Positions 12,956 through 25,797 are shown, counted from the whole stretch's first letter. The stretch: 63,801 nt of DNA, filler included, from Olpidium bornovanus S191 (GCA_017911155.1; 25 parts of 25 records of this genome joined end to end with filler, not necessarily neighbours in it); one strand, 5' to 3'. The notes: generated by a model not told the origin, from the letters alone. Numbers and translations: made by a program.

Positions 12956-13414
12956 CTAGTCGCCCCTCATCCTCTCCGTTCTGGCCTCTGCTTTCCTCCT
13001 CTCCGTGAATTCCGTGAGACGCTCTTTCCGACGCTCATCCAGCCGGCGCGTGTAATCCCATGTTTCGCGGGTGAGCTCCTCCCGGCCGAAACTGACTGCT
13101 ACCAGGCGGGCGAGGCGCAGTCGTAGGTTCAGGTCCTCCTCGGTAACGGGCAGGGGTCGCCCGGAGTCGGCGGCGGCCTTGCGTTGAGAGACGAACTCTT
13201 CTTGGACGTACTAGTTCGTCGTCGACAATGGTGCAAAACGCCGCGAACGGACAGAACGAACGAGAAACGAAGGGACCAGGGCGTAAGCGTCGAAAGGCCT
13301 GCCATACAAACCATGATTCAAAAAATTCAAGTACGTACCGTCGCGACGTCGTCCGGCACCGTAGGGTTTGCGAGCCTGAAGACCGCCAGATATTCGCGCA
13401 ACGCATTCATTTTC
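12956..13414 (-). CDS. MCMBP: MCM complex-binding protein (MCMBP/Mcb1), C-terminal exons 13414-13339 and 13210-12956
   Basis: MNALREYLAVFRLANPTVPDDVAT|YVQEEFVSQRK...EEDLNLRLRLARLVAVSFGREELTRETWDYTRRLDERRKERL matches the MCMBP C-terminal AAA-lid pattern. Splice phases are consistent. Confidence 0.8.
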
Positions 13415-14887
13415 CTGTCCGAAAGGTGGATANNNNNNNNNNNNNNNNNNNNNNNNNNNNNNNNNNNNNNNNNNNNTTAATTAATTAANNNNNNNNNNNN
13501 NNNNNNNNNNNNNNNNNNNNNNNNNNNNNNNNCGCCGGAGACTGCACTGCGCAGTTCGGAACGCTGTAGAGTTTCTACAGGCTTTTGGTTTGTTTTGTAT
13601 GGCGTCGGCGTGTGGGATTTACAGGGGGAAGAAAGGGGGGATGATTCCCGCAGGAGTCTGCGCTACCGGCTACGTCTGACCCCCTTTCCCCTTTTTTTCC
13701 AACACCCTTCCCCCCCCCCCCTTTTTTTTTCCTTCAAACAACCGAAAACAACGAGGACGCCCACAGGAGTTACCGCTTTCAGGAGGGCGAAAATGCGGAC
13801 TCCGACTACGCGGGCACGCAACTGTATTGCTTGGGGTTTTGCTTGACAGCCACGCGCTCACGCGCTTTAGTAACATTGCTTGCGGTTTTTGCTTTATGGT
13901 CGCGCGCGCCCACGTGGGGTTCCTGCTCCCAACTGGTTCCATACAATTCCGGTTCATCCCGATTCGTTGCAGACCGCTGCTGTACCCGTTCCAGCTGCTT
14001 ATGTCATCCAGCGTTCTCATTGTTGTAGAACAAAAGACGAATTTTTCGCCAATTATGATATAGGATTGATATTTATATATCACAAACTATTCAATGGAAG
14101 TCCATAATTACTATCCATCGACAAATAGCCTACGCTTTTAGGTAGGTATTATTCATTTAATATGTACTTGTATCTGGAGTACATATCTAAATATAAAAAC
14201 AATAATCCGGCTACCAATTACAACATTGGCTTATATACAAATTTTATTTACCATTTAAACTAACCGTTATATTATATCTGTAATATAATATTTAACTAAG
14301 GTTTGGATAATAGTTTCTAGTATTTGCATAGTTAGATGTGATCGTTCAAATGCTTAATGAGGCACATTTAGGGCACTATATTGCATTAGCTAGCAAATTG
14401 GTTCACTAGATATTAGTGGACGAATCGAATGCGGGTAAAATATTGTTTAATTCAATTTAAATGAATTGATAATTGCAATACTAGTAAAGTGTAAAGTGTG
14501 TAGTCCAACGAACGGCATATGCAGTGCGTCCTCAATCTTTTCAAATATCCGAAAAAACAACAACGGCGCGGCGCCACACGGCGGTGACCTCGTGCCTTTT
14601 TCCTCTCGTCGATGGTAATGACGTTGTAACGTCCGCCCGGGCGTGTGCGTTAGCTGATGGGGTTATTTTATACTTGGTGCGTGAGTGAGAAAGCGCGAGG
14701 GCGAGAGAACCCGGTTTGCGGCCGAAGAGGAGAGAGAGAGGAGAGGAGAGAGGACGGGCGGGCGGAGGGGAGAAATATGGGGGAAAGAAGAAAGGGGGAG
14801 AAAGAAGGGGGGGAGGAAGCGGGCGCTCTCGCTCTCTCTGCTCTCTCTCTGCTCTCTTTCTCTGCTCTCTCTCTCTCTCTCTCTCTC

Positions 14888-14922
<35 letters not shown>

Positions 14923-15022
14923 NNNNNNNNNNNNNNNNNNNNNNNNNNNNNNNNNNNNNNNNNNNNTTAATTAATTAANNNNNNNNNNNNNNNNNNNNNN
15001 NNNNNNNNNNNNNNNNNNNNNN

Positions 15023-16255
15023 CATGAACTTCCACTGAAGGACTTCACAAAAGCGTATATTTGGCGAAAGCAAACCAAGAGGTCGGACATGTCATCCAAT
15101 TGCCAAACATCAACGGAGTCGCCTTCCACCGCTCGAACATAGGTTACGGTTGTCCTGAAAGAAGAAATGCGACCAAGGTTCAGAAGAGAACAATAATACG
15201 GGAAGTAGAGTAGGCAGCGCTAGATTGCATGCACGAAGATGTCGTCCTACTCACAAAACCTCGAGAATGGTCTTCACAATTCTTCTCACATCTTTCCGGC
15301 TGCGCTTCGCAGCCGGTGGAAATCTACTGAGCCAGGCTATGATGTCTATGCCGGCATACAGCAGAGGGAGCTCCCGTTGCACGAAGGCAGCCGCGTTGAC
15401 ATCTTCGTATGCCACGCTGCGGCTTACAAAATGGTCGACCATCCGTTTCAGACCCGCTAGGAATTCGACAATCGCGCTTTGGCCCTCCGAACCGGCCCAC
15501 GGTATCTTCTTGGACCTGACCGAAGTCAGCGAGGTAGTTGAAGCTCCGTCCGCCTTCCCGCCCGCGGACTTTGCGGCCGTGGTCGCCTCAAGGAAATCGA
15601 GGCGCAGGTTGACCAGTGCCTCGACCGCGTCGCCCAACCTGACCTCCACGGTGCCGCAGGGCAGGTCCGCAAGGGACAACCGTCGCGGTACGCTGAGCGA
15701 AGCGGGTCGGTCTGCGACCGCCGCGGAAGGACAGCTGTTATTCCGCCTCGCGGCGGACGGCTTCCGGCCATGCCAGCGCGTCACGGCCGGGTCGCTTTTT
15801 GCACGCACAAAGGGGCGAGCGCGAGACGACAACGCCGCGGCAGGCAGGCTAGCATGCCTCGCGATGACATCGCTCGCTGTCGCGTCGCCTTTGAGCAGGC
15901 GCGAGGCCAGGAAGGCACGTTCCCTGTCCAGGCGTGCCAAGCGGTCGGCGATCTCCTGGTCATCAAGCTCGTCCCAAAGCTGCTCCGTGACGCGGGCGGT
16001 GTCCCCGGTAGCCGCGCAGCCTGGCGCGCCTTCCCATCCGGCGGGTTCGGAACCGGCGGGCAAACCCCTCTGCGTGTTCTGCGTGGTGCCGCCGCCGTCG
16101 TCTCGGACGCCGGCGGCCCTGGCCAGGCGTTGACGGGCGCGCGCTGCCTCCTGTTCAGTGTGGTCCGCGGCTTCATTTGGCGGCGGACGCCGCTTCTCAC
16201 AGCACTGCATTGCGGCGTTTCCGCGTCGCGCAGGCCTGTTCCCGACCTCTCCCAC
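15023..16255 (-). CDS. Hypothetical protein, partial
   Basis: 334-aa open frame. A possible 40-bp intron (15259-15220) continues in frame (RCLLYFPYYC...) to the contig edge. No family recognised. Confidence 0.55.
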
Positions 16256-16851
16256 CCACGCGACTTTACCGTATCATCTCGCAGAAACGCCCCATGTCGA
16301 AATCCGACGGAAAGTCCGGTCGGGAGTGCGCAGAATGAAACAGAAACGGCGAGACAGCCAACAGGACAGCATGCGGGAATGAAGGTTGCGTTCAGGCATT
16401 CTGCCGCTCTCTGATTTTGGCCTTTTCGTAGCGCAACTGGCATAGCAAAATTACCCGAGTCTCTAAGGAGACTTCACCCGGAGTGCACCATTCTATGAAT
16501 TCTATGCAATTGTACCTTTACAATTTGCAGCTGCGGGCAGTCGCTTGTTGACGGTCGTGACTCCGATCGTCCCTTTACTCCGCCTTTGCTTGCGCAGACG
16601 TACTGCCGGGGCTTTGTTCGGCGCGCATCGCGATCATTTTGCGGAATCTAATCTATCCTATGCGACGACTCACAAAGCACTCCTCCTCCGGAGTTGTCAG
16701 TTGATGCTGCGGGACGATCTGGATAAGTCTTTCTGTCGCACACCATTCATGNNNNNNNNNNNNNNNNNNNNNNNNNNNNNNNNNNNNNNNNNNNNTTAAT
16801 TAATTAANNNNNNNNNNNNNNNNNNNNNNNNNNNNNNNNNNNNNNNNNNNN

Positions 16852-18333
16852 CATGGTCCTTCGTGGCATTCTAGACGGCACGTGTGCTCGCAGGTGGGGA
16901 GTGGCTTCCCACATAAACTCCCGCACTTTGGAATCTCCTCCACGCAATTCTTCCTCTGCCTGCCAAGTATTTGCTCGACAGTCATTTTGCCGCACGGGCA
17001 GGTGGTCACGGCGGAAGGGTCACCCCCGCACAAGCCGGGCTCTTCGTCTTGGACGTGACATCCTCTGGAACACATATGGATGCCGCAGGCGAGGAGCCTC
17101 CCGCACTTATGGGCACACTCGTAGCTGCCATCCCGGCCCTCCTCTCGCCCTGCTCCTTCCTCTGGGACGGCCTCGACGCCGCGGACAGCGGCGTCTTCTG
17201 CATAAACCTTCCGGAGCCGCACCCGCAAGGGGTATCCTTCCGCGCACTTTGCCAGGCGCTCCTCCGCGCCGCAATAGCACATCTGTGTCTCCTCCACCGT
17301 GCACGGTGGGCACAACCCCTCGTGACATGGCGCCTCGCAGGAGTGGCGCGCGCAACCCAAGATTTCCCCGCATGTCCTGCCGCAAGAAAAACTCGGTGAT
17401 CCATCGCAGTCAGCGCACCGTCTCCTCGAATTGACGCGGCCACAGTAGCACGTTTTTGGCGCGGACATGGCAGTGCACGGAGGGCATGGGCCTGGGTGGC
17501 ATTGTCTGCGATGCCCACCCAAAAAAGGGCGGAGCCAGTATCAACCGTCGGCAGCGGCAGACGGACCGCGAAAAGAGAAATTCGCGCCCCCTCTGACAAC
17601 AATAACCAGTTTCCCCTCCGAAACCGCGTCGAGACTCACAATGTACAAGAATGCGGGCACGGCGAGTCCCTCTTTCGCCCGCACACGTTTCCGCACGAGT
17701 GCGGGGTGATAAAGCGGTTGAATGCGGGGCGAATCTCCTTGGCGCAAAAACACTTGTATTCCCCGGGCACCTCACGCTGGGTGCTCTGGCAACCGGGGCA
17801 GCGCCACCCCTCCGGTGCACCCTCTCTTCTTTCTGCCAAAGACTTTCGGGCCCACTTTTCGACGCAGGACAAGTGGTAGCACGCGTAGCACACGTCACAC
17901 GACCACACAGCGTGCGTGGGGCGCACTTCCGAATAGCAGATCATGCATTCGTAGTCGCCACGAGTAAGGGAGTTCGTAAGCGACTCGAGGAGGTTGGCGG
18001 GAATTTCGACCAATGCTGGGCGGGTAAAACGGCACAACGGAAACAACGGGTCAATGTCCGCGCCAGCACCCTGCCCCCGCCCCTCTCCGAGAGGCCGGGA
18101 GCCCGGGGCAGGTGGTCACCACCCGCCGGGCGGGTGCGCCGCAGCAGGCACTTACGTCTTCTCCGCTGTCCTTGGTTCCGCGTCCGCAGCGCCCGCGCCG
18201 GCCGCTGCCTGTAGTGCTGCTGCTGCTGCTGCTGCTGCTGCTGTGCACGGACGCCGATGCCGTTCGCGGACGGCGCGGTGACCACGGGCGCGACGGCAGG
18301 CGCCGCGTTCGGCCTGCCCGGGTCGGCAGGCAT
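16852..18333 (-). CDS. NFX1: NF-X1-type zinc finger protein (NFX1/FAP1/shuttle craft), 3'-partial; exons 18333-18156, 18015-17640, 17505-16852
   Basis: RING/PHD-like YECMICY...WSCDVCYACYHLSCVEKWA...WRCPGCQ, then repeated CGx3C...CxHxCxxxCHxGPC units. Splice phases are consistent. Confidence 0.93.
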
Positions 18334-18494
18334 TGGGCGTGTGCGCGTGTTCGTGAGTTTTTCCGTGCGTCCGCGCGGGGCGGGCTGAAACGTCGGGTGG
18401 GGCGCGAGGAAGCGGCGGCTCTTTTTTTCGGCTCCCTGGGCGGGGCGGGGCGGGGCCAGCGGTCGGCGGGAAGCGCGAGCTGCTTCGCTGCTGC

Positions 18495-18590
18495 CGGTGT
18501 TCAGCTGCCGGTGTTCAGCTGGTGGTGTTCAGCTGGTGGTGTTCTGCTGCCGGTGGTTCTGCTGCCGGTGTTCAGCTGGTGGTGTTCTGC
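18495..18590. repeat. ~12-bp tandem repeat (GGTGTTC[A/T]GCTG), about 7 copies, upstream of NFX1
   Basis: Directly visible. Confidence 0.85.
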
Positions 18591-18632
18591 TGCGGGGGCG
18601 GCAAAAAAAAAAGAAAGAAAGAAAGCGTGGGT

Positions 18633-18676
<44 letters not shown>

Positions 18677-18879
18677 TTTTTTTTTTTTTTTTTCCCCGGG
18701 GGGAAAAANNNNNNNNNNNNNNNNNNNNNNNNNNNNNNNNNNNNNNNNNNNNTTAATTAATTAANNNNNNNNNNNNNNNNNNNNNNNNNNNNNNNNNNNN
18801 NNNNNNNNTCAGCTTGTTGCTTAGAGGTGAAAAGAGTCATACTCCGGCATCAAATGCGCGGCCAGGGACGGAAACCTAC

Positions 18880-20131
18880 GTTTACGGCAGTATCCCAGAT
18901 GGCAATGAACCGCCCGTCTGGCGACCATGCCATATCCTCCAGGTCTACCGTTTCAACCGGAAAATTCTTACGGAGCCGCAAATGCTTCGTCGGATAAATG
19001 CGCCCACCGATTCTTTCCCAAACGGACCTGCCACGAAATCTGCAGCTTTACTGAAAATCTGTCTGTAACCCACCTTGACCATCGTCCAGTCATGGCAGTC
19101 GTAGATGCTCACAGAATCTTTGCAATCTTTTCGCTCCGCCACGGCCGCATACCGGTTATCCCGTCGCCAGCGGACGGCTGACATCCCAGAACGAAAAATA
19201 AAAAAGCATCGGTACCCTCCACTACAAAGCCGAATGCTCGCTCCCCCACCAAAAGCGTATCGAACCTTTGTCATTGTTTTTCGGGTACCGAATGTACACC
19301 GCGTCACGGGTGAGAAGCGACCAAATAGTGACGCGCAACTGTGCAACAAGAAGGTGTTTGAAAATCGAAGAAAAAAAAATAACGCCCCCCAAAAATGAAA
19401 GTGGATTTCGAGGCAAGTGGCCAATGAGAACTGGTGCGTCCGGGCGCACCTGAAAATCCGAAAAGCAGAGCACGTGTCTTCCGTCGGGGGCGAAGCGCAC
19501 GCTCGTCAGCCCCGCAGCGCCCTCGTCGATCTTGGCGGACCAGGACGCGTCCTCGAGGCTCCACACGTTCACGGCGCCGAGCTTAAAGGATGCGCAAAGC
19601 ACCAGACGCGAGTCCGCCGACCAGTCCACGGCCTGGACGAGGTCGGTGCAGGTGAAGAGGTGGACGATCTGCAGGGTTTCCGCGTCCCGGACGACGAGGC
19701 GGTACAGCACCGCAGTCGCGATGTGCCGGCCGTCCGGCGAGAACGCACAGAGACCCGAGGACTGCTTGTAGACGTCAGTGAAGTCCTTGTGCGGAAAGAG
19801 GACGGATGGCGGGAGGTGGGGGAGATTGGCCAGGAGGTCAAGAACTTCTGGCGCGTGACCCGGACAGATCGGCTTCGCTGCACAACGGTGCTAAAGGGCG
19901 GGAACAAGACGCCAGGCCAACAAGATTGCTGTGCCCGGCGGCGGCTCAATCATCGCGCGCCCTTCGCGGGCATCCCGCACCGCCGCCACCGGGAGGGTGT
20001 TTCTTTTCTTTTCTTTTTCTTCTTCTTCTCCTCTCGGGCAAGCGGCGGCGCAGCTTCCACCCGGCGCGGACTGCCGCGCCCTTGGAACGCGCGTCTTCTC
20101 CTCAGAGGGCGGACTTCGCCAGCGGTACCAT
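18880..20131 (-). CDS. WRAP73: WD repeat protein WRAP73/WDR8, 3'-partial (exons 19785-19450, 19338-19266, ~19177-19074, ~18966-18880; ATG probably at 20131-20129)
   Basis: DFTDVYKQSSGLCAFSPDGRHIATAVLYRLVVRDAETLQIVHLFTC...KIDEGAAGL...FSDFQ|LRVTIWSL...AVAERKDCKDSVSIYDCHDW...WSPDGRFIAIWD, the characteristic WDR8 motifs. Confidence 0.9.
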
Positions 20132-21989
20132 AGAAGGAGGAGAGGCCGCGCGCGCCCAGGCAGCGTGTGTGTTCCCCGGCCGGTCGTGCAAGCGCTGGCG
20201 GTATTTTTCGCCGCGGGCGGTGTGCGGTTGTGTCCGGGCAAGTCGGCGAACGCAGGCGGGCGGTTTTTCTGTTGCTGGCCGGCGGGAAACTCCGCGTTTT
20301 CTTTTTTTTTTTTTCCGCCCTTTCGTTCCTCTCTCTCTTTCGCTCTCCCCGGGCGGGGGTGATTGGCCAGAAACACCGCCCGCGCCCTCCTCCCTCCCCC
20401 TGCTCAGAAGGCGACCTGCGATCACGCAGAGCGCCAAGTCCCCCCTCCCCCCTCCTCCCCCTCTTCTCACGGAGACTGGACGGGTTCGTGCCGCAGGCAT
20501 ACAAAGATGTGCGCTGCCTAGGCTATCGATGGCATCCCTGCTGGAGGGGAGCAGTCTTTGGGTAACCTCGTCAGCCTCGCCCGTATCAGGTCTGAGATGC
20601 CACGGCGCCATGAGTGTGCGTGGGGGTCCCGGCCTCGCCGGCAATAGCTCCGTATGTGGAGCACTCAAATCTGGGGCTTGCAGAGGGGAAATCGGCCGCC
20701 CTCCCCTCCAACCCAATCTTCTTGACCGCGTACGTCGTTGTGATCACTGTTAAGGCATCGTGACGGACGGACGACAAATGGGCGACCACGCGTAAGGCAG
20801 GCAGCCGATTTCTGCGGGATTGACCCAGCGAAGCGGGCCGACCCGTTGTCACTGCCCGTACGTAAGATGGTTCCGCTGGGAGAGTCACGAGTGCCGCGCT
20901 CCAGCATGCAAGAAAGCCGGTGAATGTCAGATGCTCTTGGAGGTATTCGAGGCGACATCGTTTTGCACGGGCTCGTGGGGGCTAGCCCGACATTGAGATT
21001 CGACAAATGGCGGGCGAACGACAACTGACACAACAGCGGTGGTACGCGGCGGCCCTGTGCTCAGCGTCAATTAGAGCAAAGCCCAGGAAATTACTCAAAT
21101 ATAAATACATATACATATATACAAGGAAAGGCCTACGCATGAACGTTCTACGTGCGATAAAATGGCGAGATCTAAAGGGAGATTAATAATACATCGAGAC
21201 ATTTTTGCGGATTACGCGACGTGAAAAACCAAACCAGCCCTTCCGGGCGCGAGTCAANNNNNNNNNNNNNNNNNNNNNNNNNNNNNNNNNNNNNNNNNNN
21301 NTTAATTAATTAANNNNNNNNNNNNNNNNNNNNNNNNNNNNNNNNNNNNNNNNNNNNACTTAGTGCAATAAGTTGATAACTCAACGGTAAAACAGCCATC
21401 CCAAGCTGCACGGCACGTGGGAGGAGGAGGACGAGCGGCAAGGACAGGAGGAACTGTTTGCTTTTGCAAAATCGCATGACCAACCGTGCAGACGAAGCCG
21501 CGTACGCGCCCGCAGGCGCGCCGGTCAATGACGACGCCGCGACGTTAAGCAGGGATTGACGACTTCAGCCAGGTCGAGGACAACGCACTTCCCGACCGGG
21601 CTACTTCGACATACAGCAGACGAGGGCCAAGGCAGTTGTCACGCCTGCTTCCCGTTCGAGTCGCGGAAGATGTTTTACGCAATGTCGCGAACCAGCCTGT
21701 TGTCCATAAAGTTTCTCGCGTTTCTCTTGTCGTGGTTGGCACGCCGTGGGGTACAAATGCCGCCAACCTCGGGGATAAAGCCGCGGGAGGATGCTGTCTT
21801 CGACGAAGATCCTCAGGGAGCCGCGGCGTTTTGCTGGGACCCGTGGGAACATTTGCTACCTGAACAGCCTTTCAGAAATTAGCTACACGTCGTTGAGCTT
21901 CGCCCCCTCCGAGATAGCGCCAGGGTTCCCCCTGACCCTTGCCACGGAAGGATGATTTTTTACTTCTCCTGTGCGCGCTCCCATCATCC

Positions 21990-22740
21990 GACAGATTCTG
22001 ACGCAGAGTACAGCGCAGAATCCGAAGCAGGTTCAGAGGCAAAATCCGACACAAAAGCCCACGCTGATTCAGACACAAAATCCGGCGCAGATCTAGACAC
22101 AGAATTTGAAAAACATCAGACACAAAATATGACGCAGAATCCAACGTTGGATCCAAACCAGATTCAACCGAAGAATCCCAAGGGAGATCCGAAGCAGATT
22201 CAGACACAGGATCCGGAGCAGATTCAGACGCGGAATCGGATTTCAGACGCAGAATGCGGAGCAGATTCAGAAGCAGAACGCGATGTAGAATTTGAAGTAG
22301 GTTCAGACGCAGAATCCGACGCAGATTCAGACGCAAAAAATGACGTAGATCCAAACGCAGAATTCGAGGCATATTTTAAACACAGATAGAGACGCAGTTT
22401 TAGAGACAATACATCATGCAGATTTAGACGCAAAATTCAAAACAGGGCACAATGCGAAATTTGACACAGAATCCGACGCAGATTCAGAAGCAGATTGAGA
22501 CGCAGAATCTGACGGAAGCTCAGACGCAGAATCCGACGCAGATTTAGACGCAGAATCCGACGCAGATTCAGATGCAGATTCAGAGACGCAGATTCAGAGA
22601 CGCAGAATCCGACGAAGAATCAGACGCCGATTTAGACGCAGATTCTGATGTGAGATTCCGACACAGAATTAAACGCGAAATCCGAAACAGAATCAGACGC
22701 AGATTCAAACGCAGGAAGCGACAGATATTCGAACGCAAAA
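21990..22740. repeat. Degenerate 12-bp minisatellite (GACGCAGATTCA / GACGCAGAATCC)
   Basis: Dozens of diverged copies. Reads as DADS/DAES repeats on the + strand, but with frame changes and stops. Confidence 0.9.
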
Positions 22741-23700
22741 TCCCTTCGCGTCAATAAACTTGCCGTAATTAATTCGTCCGTCCGCCCCTCGTTTCCTATG
22801 CCATAATTCGGACCCAGAGCCCGATATCTTGGCGATTTTTACGCGTAATTCTCGAGTCCGGTCGGTAATCTGAGTTGTCACCTCGGCTGAGGCGCCGACC
22901 ACCAGTCCGTGTTTCGGCGCTCCTCTCGTCGATCACGCACGGCGACGTCATCGTCGTTGTCCGCCCGTAGAAGCGGAAATTCTTCCACGGAGCCGATCCT
23001 TGATATGCCTGGTATATGCCTGGTTCCTCGTCACAATCTGCCTTCTTTTCTCCGGGGAAGGCCGGCGTACGAGCGAGGTCTTTTCCGAGGCTGGGAACTT
23101 TGCGACTGTTCTGGCGGCAAAGGGCTGCTGGCTTCGGCGGTTCCGTTTGTTCTAGTCGGCCGCGGGACCACTGGGTCATTCGTTGTTTCCACGCCAGCAG
23201 GGCGCTCGCACACACAGCCCCCGCACGCAGCTTTGGGTGATCGCGTCCCTCTATTTCGCGCGCAATGCCTCGGCCCGATGGCAGCAGGGAGCCTTTGAAC
23301 GTAGACCCGACCGCCGTCTTACACGCCCGGCCGATGACGACTGAAAACGCACGCGGCTCGGGGTCTCCCGACAGCACGCCTGCGTGGGCCGACCGTGCGT
23401 GCGCGCGCTGCAGCCGGGCCCGCCCCGCCCGCCCGGCCCCCCTCTAGGCCAACAACCCCCTCCCCCCTCGCCCTCCCTTCCCCCCCAACCCCCCCCTTCT
23501 TCCCCCCTCCTCAACCCCCTTCCCCGCTGCGCGTTGCAGCGCCCTGCTGGCCGTCGTTGTCGAGCGCGCCCCGGTAGCCCCGGTCCGCCGTCCGGTTCTA
23601 CTCCTCTCGCGTTGCAGAGGGCGCCCTGGCCGTACCGCAGACGCGTCCCGGGTAGCCGGATACCTCCTCCGCCCACCGTGGCCGCCGGCTCCAACTTCCC

Positions 23701-24501
23701 ATGACGGACGATTTTGTCCAACCAGAACTGGACGCCCACGCCGCTTCCCAGAACGCTCTGGACTCGTCCGACCAGGATGATCATGCTGCGGGGTCCGTGT
23801 CCAGTGCAGGTATGCCGACATTTCCGACCATGCAGGCGCGCCCGCCGCGTCGTGAAGTGTGTCGACGCCGGCTTCACGCGCGCCGCGCCCCTTGCCCGTC
23901 GTGCTCGCCGGGGCTTTCGCTTTTGCATTTCCCGCCTGCTGACAACCACCGAAACCCGGCCGCATTTCCTCAGGCCGTACTCGCGCGGCTGGCCCGGGGT
24001 CTCGCAGCGGAAGCGCGCGGAAGAGCAAGACGACCCCGAAGCGGACTTCGGACTCACCTCGGACACCAGATGAAGTGCACCGTTTTGTTTTTCCCGGAGG
24101 CAAGACGGCTAAGGAAAAGGCCGCCTTGGCCGACGCCGGCGAACTGCCGCCGATTTCTGACGTCGGCGATATGTTCACCGACCTCGTCGGCGCTATACCG
24201 CGCATCGCCGAGGTCGCGCGGCGCCTGCGGGGCCGCAAGCTGCGCGTAGCAACAATGTGCAGCGGCACCGAGAGTCCCCTTCTTGCCCTTGAGCAGATCT
24301 CGCGCGCCGTGAAGAAGCTCTTCGGCATTCAGCTGGAGATTAAGCACGTCTTCAGCTGCGAGATAGAGCCGTTTAAGCAGGCGTACATTGAGCGCAATTT
24401 TGCGCCGCCGATTCTGTTCCGCGACGTCTGTGAGCTCGGCAACGATATGGCTACGACCGCCTACGGCGCTCTAGTGCCGGTGCCGAGCGACGTCGACATG
24501 C
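23701..24501 (+). CDS. DNMT5: DNMT5-type C5 cytosine methyltransferase, N-terminal part (exons 23701-23809, 23974-24501)
   Basis: LRVATMCSGTESPLLAL...HVFSCEIEPFKQAYIERNF.PPILFRDVCELG...ATTAYGALVPVP.DVD is the diagnostic DNMT5 MTase N-terminal sequence. In-frame GT-AG intron. Confidence 0.93.
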
Positions 24502-24601
24502 NNNNNNNNNNNNNNNNNNNNNNNNNNNNNNNNNNNNNNNNNNNNTTAATTAATTAANNNNNNNNNNNNNNNNNNNNNNNNNNNNNNNNNNNNNNNNNNN
24601 N

Positions 24602-25671
24602 CATGCGATACTTGCCAGAGGTACAAGACGGGAGGACGTCAGCAAGGGATGCTACCCCCGCTCCTTATCCCCGAAGCGGTTTACAGACCTTGCTATGGAT
24701 GCCTTCGAGCCTCCCTACCCTTCGCAGGGATATGACAGCATACTGCTGGTCATAGATCGCCTGACGAAACTTGTGCGGCTAGTCCCTGCACGCAAGGACG
24801 ATACGCCAAGACTACCGCGGAGCGGTTCGTCAATGCTGTCGTGCGCCACCAAGGGCTACCCGACCGCATAGTCACAGATCGCGGAGCGATATGTACATCC
24901 AATTTCTGGACCGCTCTATGCCAAGACTTAGGCATAGAGCAGCAGATCGCTACTGCCCGCCACCAGCAGACGGATGGCCAGGCAGAGCGAGCCATAGGCG
25001 TCATCAAGACCATGATCGCCTCGCATATAGGATCTCAGCATACCGACTGGTTATTGGCGCTGCCTATGCTCGAGTTCCTATACAATTTGACTCCCCATTC
25101 GACAACCAGACAGTCGTCTCATATGTTAGCATATGGCACTGATCTGAAGGAGACAGATCATATCCGCCAAGCGAGGACACTCGAGGACCTATGACGAGTA
25201 CTCCAAGATGCCCGCGTCGCGCTTGAGAAGGCGCAAGATGCACAGGCCAAAGCATAAAATAGAAGGCGCCGGAATGTCAAGTTTGTCGAAGGCGAACAAG
25301 TACTGCTACGGCGAGAGGCCGTATCACACGACCCCCGTCTAGCCGCAAAATATAGAGCGCCGTATATCGGCCCCTATAGGATCACTCACGCCGACCATGA
25401 CCGAGACAACTACCGACTTCTATTACCATCGGGCATAGAAATACACTCTGTCTTTCACGTTTCCCTACTAAGAAAGTACCAAGAACCGGAAGACAGGAAT
25501 AGACAAGTCAATAGACCAGGCCCGGACGCCAAGAATGGGTACAAAGTAGACAAGGTGCTCGCCACTCGGCTGCGCCGAGGACGAAGGCAGTACCTTGTTC
25601 TGAGGCTTGGACACGACGCGTCAGAGGCTACCTGGGAATACGAAGAAAACCTTGAGAACCTAGAGCATTAA
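24602..25671 (+). mobile_element. Ty3/gypsy chromovirus remnant: integrase (CxxC, core, GPY/F) plus chromodomain, with stops and frameshifts
   Basis: CDTCQRYK; VIDRLTKL; GLPDRIVTDRG; HQQTDGQAER; YIGPYRI; IHSVFHVSLLRKY; YKVDKVLATRLRRGRRQYLV...ATWEYEENL. Confidence 0.95.
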
Positions 25672-25797
25672 TTATATATATTGAATGACGGAGTTCTGAT
25701 GCCGACTAGCGGCTACGTCGGCATCTATGCGGATGCATATGACTCAAGCACCTCCCATACCCCCTCTGACGGATCACCAAGACTGTACAACCAAGAT

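Noticed and set aside
24075-25671. DNMT5 physically next to a chromovirus, suggesting chromodomain capture
   Set aside because: They are separated by an artificial linker (24502-24601) and lie on different contigs.
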